Source: Auanema rhodensis
Taxonomy: Eukaryota > Animalia > Nematoda
Reading direction: 5' to 3'
Assembly (NCBI GenBank): GCA_964057225.1
Contig: OZ059895.1
Location: 19,840,001 to 19,904,000 of the forward strand
Length of the DNA stretch: 64,000 nucleotides
The position numbers and the translations under genes are program-made. This document shows positions 54,401-64,000 of this stretch, one piece after another. Below the pieces are notes generated by a model. That model was given only the letters and a program-made list of their open reading frames with translations, was not told where the DNA came from and did not search any database. Positions within the stretch are counted from its first letter, which is position 1; each line of letters starts with the position of its first letter.

Positions 54401-57400
54401 CTTTGCCTTGAAAGAAAGATACTGAAAACATCTACTTTTTGCTAAATTATTTTGAAATTTTTCGAAAAAATTTTTGTCAAAATGTTTTTGGAAGCAATGT
54501 TGAGTGTACATGGAAACTCAACATATACTAATGCATCATTTTTCAAACGATCATAACTAATTTTTGTAATAAGCGTTTCTCAATGTAGTATAGTGCATTC
54601 GATGCGGATTTTCAAGCTGCGTCGATCTGTGTTTTCAGATTTGCGCTAGCTTAAAAATGCACCGAGATATCAACTGATATAAGTTCACACTTACATCCTC
54701 GATTTTCACCCTGAAGAATTAATTTTTTCGTTGAATAACATTGTCCATCGTCTTTGCCTTGAAAAAAAGAATCTGAAAACATCTACTTTTTGCTAAATTA
54801 TTTTGAAATTTTTCGAAAAATTTTTTGTCAAAATGTTTTTGGAAGCAATGTTGAGTGTACATGGAAACTCAACATATACTAATGCATCATTTTTCAAACG
54901 ATCATAACTAATTTTTGTATTGAGTGTTTCTCAATGTAGTATAGTGCATTCGATGCGGATTTTTAAGCTGCGTCGATCTGTGTTTTCAGATTTGCGCTAG
55001 CTTAAAAATGCACCGAGATATCAACTGATATAAGTTCACACTTACATCCTCGATTTTCACCTTGAAGAATTAACTTTTTCGTTGAATAACATTGTCTATC
55101 GTCTTTGCCTTGAAAGAAAGATACTGAAAACATCTACTTTTTGCTAAATTATTTTGAAATTTTTCGAAAAAATTTTTGTCAAAATGTTTTTGGAAGCAAT
55201 GTTGAGTGTACATGGAAACTCAACATATACTAATGCATCATTTTTCAAACGATCATAACTAATTTTTGTATTAAGCGTTTCTCAATGTAGTATAGTGCAT
55301 TCGATGCGGATTTTTAAGCTGCGTCGATCTGTGTTTTCAGATTTGCGCTAGCTTAAAAATGCACCGAGATATCAACTGATATAAGTTCACACTTACATCC
55401 TCGATTTTCACCCTGAAGAATTAATTTTTTCGTTGAATAACATTGTCCATCGTCTTTGCCTTGAAAAAAAGAATCTGAAAACATCTACTTTTTGCTAAAT
55501 TATTTTGAAATTTTTCGAAAAAATTTTTGTCAAAATGTTTTTGGAAGCAATGTTGAGTGTACATGGAAACTCAACATATACTAATGCATCATTTTTCGAA
55601 CGATCATAACTAATTTTTGTATTAAGCGTTTCTCAATGTAGTATAGTGCATTCGATGCGGATTTTTAAGCTGCGTCGATCTGTGTTTTCAGATTTGCGCT
55701 AGCTTAAAAATGCACCGAGATATCAACTGATATAAGTTCACACTTACATCCTCGATTTTCACCCTGAAGAATTAATTTTTTCGTTGAATAACATTGTCTA
55801 TCGTCTTTGCCTTGAAAGAAAGATACTGAAAACATCTACTTTTTGCTAAATTATTTTGAAATTTTTCGAAAAAATTTTTGTCAAAATGTTTTTGGAAGCA
55901 ATGTTGAGTGTACATGGAAACTCAACATATACTAATGCATCATTTTTCAAACGATCATAACTAATTTTTGTATTAAGCGTTTCTCAATGTAGTATAGTGC
56001 ATTCGATGCGGATTTTTAAGCTGCGTCGATCTGTGTTTTCAGATTTGCGCTAGCTTAAAAATGCACCGAGATATCAACTGATATAAGTTCACACTTACAT
56101 CCTCGATTTTCACCCTGAAGAATTAATTTTTTCGTTGAATAACATTGTCTATCGTCTTTGCCTTGAAAGAAAGATACTGAAAACATCTACTTTTTGCTAA
56201 ATTATTTTGAAATTTTTCGAAAAAATTTTTGTCAAAATGTTTTTGGAAGCAATGTTGAGTGTACATGGAAACTCAACATATACTAATGCATCATTTTTCA
56301 AACGATCATAACTAATTTTTGTATTAAGCGTTTCTCAATGTAGTATAGTGCATTCGATGCGGATTTTTAAGCTGCGTCGATCTGTGTTTTCAGATTTGCG
56401 CTAGCTTAAAAATGCACCGAGATATCAACTGATATAAGTTCACACTTACATCCTCGATTTTCACCCTGAAGAATTAATTTTTTCGTTGAATAACATTGTC
56501 CATCGTCTTTGCCTTGAAAAAAAGAATCTGAAAACATCTACTTTTTGCTAAATTATTTTGAAATTTTTCGAAAACATTTTTGTCAAAATGTTTTTGGAAG
56601 CAATGTTGAGTGTACATGGAAACTCAACATATACTAATGCATCATTTTTCAAACGATCATAACTAATTTTTGTATTAAGCGTTTCTCAATGTAGTATAGT
56701 GCATTCGATGCGGATTTTTAAGCTGCGTCGATCTGTGTTTTCAGATTTGCGCTAGCTTAAAAATGCACCGAGATATCAACTGATATAAGTTCACACTTAC
56801 ATCCTCGATTTTCACCCTGAAGAATTAATTTTTTCGTTGAATAACATTGTCCATCGTCTTTGCCTTGAAAAAAAGAATCTGAAAACATCTACTTTTTGCT
56901 AAATTATTTTGAAATTTTTCGAAAAAATTTTTGTCAAAATGTTTTTGGAAGCAATGTTGAATGTACATGGAAACTCAACATATACTAATGCATCATTTTT
57001 CAAACGATCATAACTAATTTTTGTATTGAGCGTTTCTCAATGTAGTATAGTGCATTCGATGCGGATTTTTAAGCTGCGTCGATCTGTGTTTTCAGATTTG
57101 CGCTAGCTTAAAAATGCACCGAGATATCAACTGATATAAGTTCACACTTACATCCTCGATTTTCACCCTGAAGAATTAATTTTTTCGTTGAATAACATTG
57201 TCCATCGTCTTTGCCTTGAAAGAAAGATACTGAAAACATCTACTTTTTGCTAAATTATTTTGAAATTTTTCGAAAAAATTTTTGTCAAAATGTTTTTGGA
57301 AGCAATGTTGAGTGTACATGGAAACTCAACATATACTAATGCATCATTTTTCAAACGATCATAACTAATTTTTGTATTAAGCGTTTCTCAATGTAGTATA

Positions 57401-60400
57401 GTGCATTCGATGCGGATTTTTAAGCTGCGTCGATCTGTGTTTTCAGATTTGCGCTAGCTTAAAAATGCACCGAGATATCAACTGATATAAGTTCACACTT
57501 ACATCCTCGATTTTCACCCTGAAGAATTAATTTTTTCGTTGAATAACATTGTCTATCGTCTTTGCCTTGAAAGAAAGATACTGAAAACATCTACTTTTTG
57601 CTAAATTATTTTGAAATTTTTCGAAAAAATTTTTGTCAAAATGTTTTTGGAAGCAATGTTGAGTGTACATGGAAACTCAACATATACTAATGCATCATTT
57701 TTCAAACGATCATAACTAATTTTTGTATTAAGCGTTTCTCAATGTAGTATAGTGCATTCGATGCGGATTTTTAAGCTGCGTCGATCTGTGTTTTCAGATT
57801 TGCGCTAGCTTAAAAATGCACCGAGATATCAACTGATATAAGTTCACACTTACATCCTCGATTTTCACCCTGAAGAATTAATTTTTTCGTTGAATAACAT
57901 TGTCCATCGTCTTTGCCTTGAAAAAAAGAATCTGAAAACATCTACTTTTTGCTAAATTATTTTGAAATTTTTCGAAAAAATTTTTGTCAAAATGTTTTTG
58001 GAAGCAATGTTGAGTGTACATGGAAACTCAACATATACTAATGCATCATTTTTCAAACGATCATAACTAATTTTTGTATTAAGCGTTTCTCAATGTAGTA
58101 TAGTGCATTCGATGCGGATTTTTAAGCTGCGTCGATCTGTGTTTTCAGATTTGCGCTAGCTTAAAAATGCACCGAGATATCAACTGATATAAGTTCACAC
58201 TTACATCCTCGATTTTCACCCTGAAGAATTAATTTTTTCGTTGAATAACATTGTCCATCGTCTTTGCCTTGAAAGAAAGATACTGAAAACATCTACTTTT
58301 TGCTAAATTATTTTGAAATTTTTCGAAAAAATTTTTGTCAAAATGTTTTTGGAAGCAATGTTGAGTGTACATGGAAACTCAACATATACTAATGCATCAT
58401 TTTTCAAACGATCATAACTAATTTTTGTATTAAGCGTTTCTCAATGTAGTATAGTGCATTCGATGCGGATTTTTAAGCTGCGTCGATCTGTGTTTTCAGA
58501 TTTGCGCTAGCTTAAAAATGCACCGAGATATCAACTGATATAAGTTCACACTTACATCCTCGATTTTCACCCTGAAGAATTAATTTTTTCGTTGAATAAC
58601 ATTGTCTATCGTCTTTGCCTTGAAAGAAAGATACTGAAAACATCTACTTTTTGCTAAATTATTTTGAAATTTTTCGAAAAAATTTTTGTCAAAATGTTTT
58701 TGGAAGCAATGTTGAGTGTACATGGAAACTCAACATATACTAATGCATCATTTTTCAAACGATCATAACTAATTTTTGTATTAAGCGTTTCTCAATGTAG
58801 TATAGTGCATTCGATGCGGATTTTTAAGCTGCGTCGATCTGTGTTTTCAGATTTGCGCTAGCTTAAAAATGCACCGAGATATCAACTGATATAAGTTCAC
58901 ACTTACATCCTCGATTTTCACCCTGAAGAATTAATTTTTTCGTTGAATAACATTGTCTATCGTCTTTGCCTTGAAAGAAAGATACTGAAAACATCTACTT
59001 TTTGCTAAATTATTTTGAAATTTTTCGAAAAAATTTTTGTCAAAATGTTTTTGGAAGCAATGTTGAGTGTACATGGAAACTCAACATATACTAATGCATC
59101 ATTTTTCAAACGATCATAACTAATTTTTGTATTAAGCGTTTCTCAATGTAGTATAGTGCATTCGATGCGGATTTTTAAGCTGCGTCGATCTGTGTTTTCA
59201 GATTTGCGCTAGCTTAAAAATGCACCGAGATATCAACTGATATAAGTTCACACTTACATCCTCGATTTTCACCCTGAAGAATTAATTTTTTCGTTGAATA
59301 ACATTGTCTATCGTCTTTGCCTTGAAAGAAAGATACTGAAAACATCTACTTTTTGCTAAATTATTTTGAAATTTTTCGAAAAAATTTTTGTCAAAATGTT
59401 TTTGGAAGCAATGTTGAATGTACATGGAAACTCAACATATACTAATGCATCATTTTTCAAACGATCATAACTAATTTTTGTATTGAGCGTTTCTCAATGT
59501 AGTATAGTGCATTCGATGCGGATTTTTAAGCTGCGTCGATCTGTGTTTTCAGATTTGCGCTAGCTTAAAAATGCACCGAGATATCAACTGATATAAGTTC
59601 ACACTTACATCCTCGATTTTCACCCTGAAGAATTAATTTTTTCGTTGAATAACATTGTCCATCGTCTTTGCCTTGAAAGAAAGATACTGAAAACATCTAC
59701 TTTTTGCTAAATTATTTTGAAGTTTTTCGAAAAAATTTTTGTCAAAATGTTTTTGGAAGCAATGTTGAGTGTACATGGAAACTCAACATATACTAATGCA
59801 TCATTTTTCAAACGATCATAACTAATTTTTGTATAAAGCGTTTCTCAATGTAGTATAGTGCATTCGATGCGGATTTTTAAGCTGCGTCGATCTGTGTTTT
59901 CAGATTTGCGCTAGCTTAAAAATGCACCGAGATATCAACTGATATAAGTTCACACTTACATCCTCGATTTTCACCCTGAAGAATTAATTTTTTCGTTTAA
60001 TAACATTGTCCATCGTCTTTGCCTTGAAAGAAAGATACTGAAAACATCTACTTTTTGCTAAATTATTTTGAAATTTTTCGAAAAAATTTTTGTCAAAATG
60101 TTTTTGGAAGCAATGTTGAGTGTACATGGAAACTCAACATATACTAATGCATCATTTTTTAAACGATCATAACTAATTTTTGTATTAAGCGTTTCTCAAT
60201 GTAGTATAGTGCATTCGATGCGGATTTTTAAGCTGCGTCGATCTGTGTTTTCAGATTTGCGCTAGCTTAAAAATGCACCGAGATATCAACTGATATAAGT
60301 TCACACTTACATCCTCGATTTTCACCCTGAAGAATTAATTTTTTCGTTGAATAACATTGTCCATCGTCTTTGCCTTGAAAAAAAGAATCTGAAAACATCT

Positions 60401-63400
60401 ACTTTTTGCTAAATTATTCTGAAATTTTTCGAAAAAATTTTTGTCAAAATGTTTTTGGAAGCAATGTTGAATGTACATGGAAACTCAACATATACTAATG
60501 CATCATTTTTCAAACGATCATAACTAATTTTTGTATTGAGCGTTTCTCAATGTAGTATAGTGCATTCGATGCGGATTTTTAAGCTGCGTCGATCTGTGTT
60601 TTCAGATTTGCGCTAGCTTAAAAATGCACCGAGATATCAACTGATATAAGTTCACACTTACATCCTCGATTTTCACCCTGAAGAATTAATTTTTTCGTTG
60701 AATAACATTGTCCATCGTCTTTGCCTTGAAAAAAAGAATCTGAAAACATCTACTTTTTGCTAAATTATTCTGAAATTTTTCGAAAAAATTTTTGTCAAAA
60801 TGTTTTTGGAAGCAATGTTGAATGTACATGGAAACTCAACATATACTAATGCATCATTTTTCAAACGATCATAACTAATTTTTGTATTGAGCGTTTCTCA
60901 ATGTAGTATAGTGCATTCGATGCGGATTTTTAAGCTGCGTCGATCTGTGTTTTCAGATTTGCGCTAGCTTAAAAATGCACCGAGATATCAACTGATATAA
61001 GTTCACACTTACATCCTCGATTTTCACCCTGAAGAATTAATTTTTTCGTTGAATAACATTGTCCATCGTCTTTGCCTTGAAAGAAAGATACTGAAAACAT
61101 CTACTTTTTGCTAAATTATTTTGAAATTTTTCGAAAAAATTTTTGTCAAAATGTTTTTGGAAGCAATGTTGAGTGTACATGGAAACTCAACATATACTAA
61201 TGCATCATTTTTCAAACGATCATAACTAATTTTTGTATTAAGCGTTTCTCAATGTAGTATAGTGCATTCGATGCGGATTTTTAAGCTGCGTCGATCTGTG
61301 TTTTCAGATTTGCGCTAGCTTAAAAACGCACCGAGATATCAACTGATATAAGTTCACACTTACATCCTCGATTTTCACCCTGAAGAATTAATTTTTTCGT
61401 TGAATAACATTGTCTATCGTCTTTGCCTTGAAAGAAAGATACTGAAAACATCTACTTTTTGCTAAATTATTTTGAAATTTTTCGAAAAAATTTTTGTCAA
61501 AATGTTTTTGGAAGCAATGTTGAGTGTACATGGAAACTCAACATATACTAATGCATCATTTTTCAAACGATCATAACTAATTTTTGTATTAAGCGTTTCT
61601 CAATGTAGTATAGTGCATTCGATGCGGATTTTTAAGCTGCGTCGATCTGTGTTTTCAGATTTGCGCTAGCTTAAAAATGCACCGAGATATCAACTGATAT
61701 AAGTTCACACTTACATCCTCGATTTTCACCCTGAAGAATTAATTTTTTCGTTGAATAACATTGTCTATCGTCTTTGCCTTGAAAGAAAGATACTGAAAAC
61801 ATCTACTTTTTGCTAAATTATTTTGAAATTTTTCGAAAAAATTTTTGTCAAAATGTTTTTGGAAGCAATGTTGAGTGTACATGGAAACTCAACATATACT
61901 AATGCATCATTTTTCAAACGATCATAACTAATTTTTGTATTAAGCGTTTCTCAATGTAGTATAGTGCATTCGATGCGGATTTTTAAGCTGCGTCGATCTG
62001 TGTTTTCAGATTTGCGCTAGCTTAAAAATGCACCGAGATATCAACTGATATAAGTTCACACTTACATCCTCGATTTTCACCCTGAAGAATTAATTTTTTC
62101 GTTGAATAACATTGTCTATCGTCTTTGCCTTGAAAGAAAGATACTGAAAACATCTACTTTTTGCTAAATTATTTTGAAATTTTTCGAAAAAATTTTTGTC
62201 AAAATGTTTTTGGAAGCAATGTTGAGTGTACATGGAAACTCAACATATACTAATGCATCATTTTTCAAACGATCATAACTAATTTTTGTATTAAGCGTTT
62301 CTCAATGTAGTATAGTGCATTCGATGCGGATTTTTAAGCTGCGTCGATCTGTGTTTTCAGATTTGCGCTAGCTTAAAAATGCACCGAGATATCAACTGAT
62401 ATAAGTTCACACTTACATCCTCGATTTTCACCCTGAAGAATTAATTTTTTCGTTGAATAACATTGTCTATCGTCTTTGCCTTGAAAGAAAGATACTGAAA
62501 ACATCTACTTTTTGCTAAATTATTTTGAAATTTTTCGAAAAAATTTTTGTCAAAATGTTTTTGGAAGCAATGTTGAATGTACATGGAAACTCAACATATA
62601 CTAATGCATCATTTTTCAAACGATCATAACTAATTTTTGTATTGAGCGTTTCTCAATGTAGTATAGTGCATTCGATGCGGATTTTTAAGCTGCGTCGATC
62701 TGTGTTTTCAGATTTGCGCTAGCTTAAAAATGCACCGAGATATCAACTGATATAAGTTCACACTTACATCCTCGATTTTCACCCTGAAGAATTAATTTTT
62801 TCGTTGAATAACATTGTCCATCGTCTTTGCCTTGAAAGAAAGATACTGAAAACATCTACTTTTTGCTAAATTATTTTGAAGTTTTTCGAAAAAATTTTTG
62901 TCAAAATGTTTTTGGAAGCAATGTTGAGTGTACATGGAAACTCAACATATACTAATGCATCATTTTTCAAACGATCATAACTAATTTTTGTATAAAGCGT
63001 TTCTCAATGTAGTATAGTGCATTCGATGCGGATTTTTAAGCTGCGTCGATCTGTGTTTTCAGATTTGCGCTAGCTTAAAAATGCACCGAGATATCAACTG
63101 ATATAAGTTCACACTTACATCCTCGATTTTCACCCTGAAGAATTAATTTTTTCGTTTAATAACATTGTCCATCGTCTTTGCCTTGAAAGAAAGATACTGA
63201 AAACATCTACTTTTTGCTAAATTATTTTGAAATTTTTCGAAAAAATTTTTGTCAAAATGTTTTTGGAAGCAATGTTGAGTGTACATGGAAACTCAACATA
63301 TACTAATGCATCATTTTTTAAACGATCATAACTAATTTTTGTATTAAGCGTTTCTCAATGTAGTATAGTGCATTCGATGCGGATTTTTAAGCTGCGTCGA

Positions 63401-64000
63401 TCTGTGTTTTCAGATTTGCGCTAGCTTAAAAATGCACCGAGATATCAACTGATATAAGTTCACACTTACATCCTCGATTTTCACCCTGAAGAATTAATTT
63501 TTTCGTTGAATAACATTGTCCATCGTCTTTGCCTTGAAAAAAAGAATCTGAAAACATCTACTTTTTGCTAAATTATTCTGAAATTTTTCGAAAAAATTCT
63601 TGTCAAAATGTTTTTGGAAGCAATGTTGAATGTACATGGAAACTCAACATATACTAATGCATCATTTTTCAAACGATCATAACTAATTTTTGTATTGAGC
63701 GTTTCTCAATGTAGTATAGTGCATTCGATGCGGATTTTTAAGCTGCGTCGATCTGTGTTTTCAGATTTGCGCTAGCTTAAAAATGCACCGAGATATCAAC
63801 TGATATAAGTTCACACTTACATCCTCGATTTTCACCCTGAAGAATTAATTTTTTCGTTGAATAACATTGTCCATCGTCTTTGCCTTGAAAGAAAGATACT
63901 GAAAACATCTACTTTTTGCTAAATTATTTTGAAATTTTTCGAAAAAATTTTTGTCAAAATGTTTTTGGAAGCAATGTTGAGTGTACATGGAAACTCAACA
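54400..64000 (+). repeat. Near-homogeneous monomeric domain (GATACTG subfamily)
   Basis: CATATACT, TTTTCAG and TTACATC are fixed here. AAAGATACTG (first at ~54415) and GTCTATCG are seen only here. No indels. Confidence 0.88.

Larger units (their letters stand above)
1..64000 (+). repeat. Satellite DNA tandem array, 351-bp monomer, about 182.4 copies, head-to-tail, extending beyond both window edges
   Basis: The monomer start AATAAC(A/T)TG-like motif recurs at 1, 352, 703 and so on, and is in exact register at 7021, 14041 and 21061 (20, 40 and 60 x 351). The last start is at 63860 = 182x351+1-23, matching 23 counted 1-bp deletions. Copies differ only by scattered substitutions. Confidence 0.99.

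Noticed and set aside
1-64000. CRISPR array or repeat-spacer system
   Set aside because: There are no unique spacers; the whole 351-bp unit is repeated and no cas genes are present.
1-64000. Embedded transposon, inversion or unique island
   Set aside because: The monomer register is fully accounted for (182x351 minus 23), leaving no room for an insertion, and all copies read in the same orientation.

Overview
The whole 64 kb is one uninterrupted head-to-tail satellite DNA array. It holds 182 complete copies of a 351-bp AT-rich monomer (about 32.5% GC, hand-counted in copy 1) plus a final partial copy of 141 bp, all in the same orientation. I found no unique sequence, transposon insertion, inversion, RNA gene, CRISPR array or credible gene. 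The ORF-track entries are minus-strand read-throughs of variant monomers. I do not recognise the family or host; it looks like eukaryotic, probably invertebrate, (peri)centromeric satellite, but this is inference. The informative structure is in the variants. The array is layered into successive domains with different higher-order repeat (HOR) periods: 4-mer, 7-mer, AB dimer, 4-mer, variable 3/4/5-mer, 5-mer, then near-homogeneous monomers. Monomers carrying private variants sit at several domain junctions. There is a dispersed 3.9-kb internal duplication, and exactly 23 one-base deletions of only 4 types. The monomer is rich in dyad symmetries whose arms are largely conserved. I found no protein-coding system. 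Coordinates were read by eye, and HOR boundaries are approximate.
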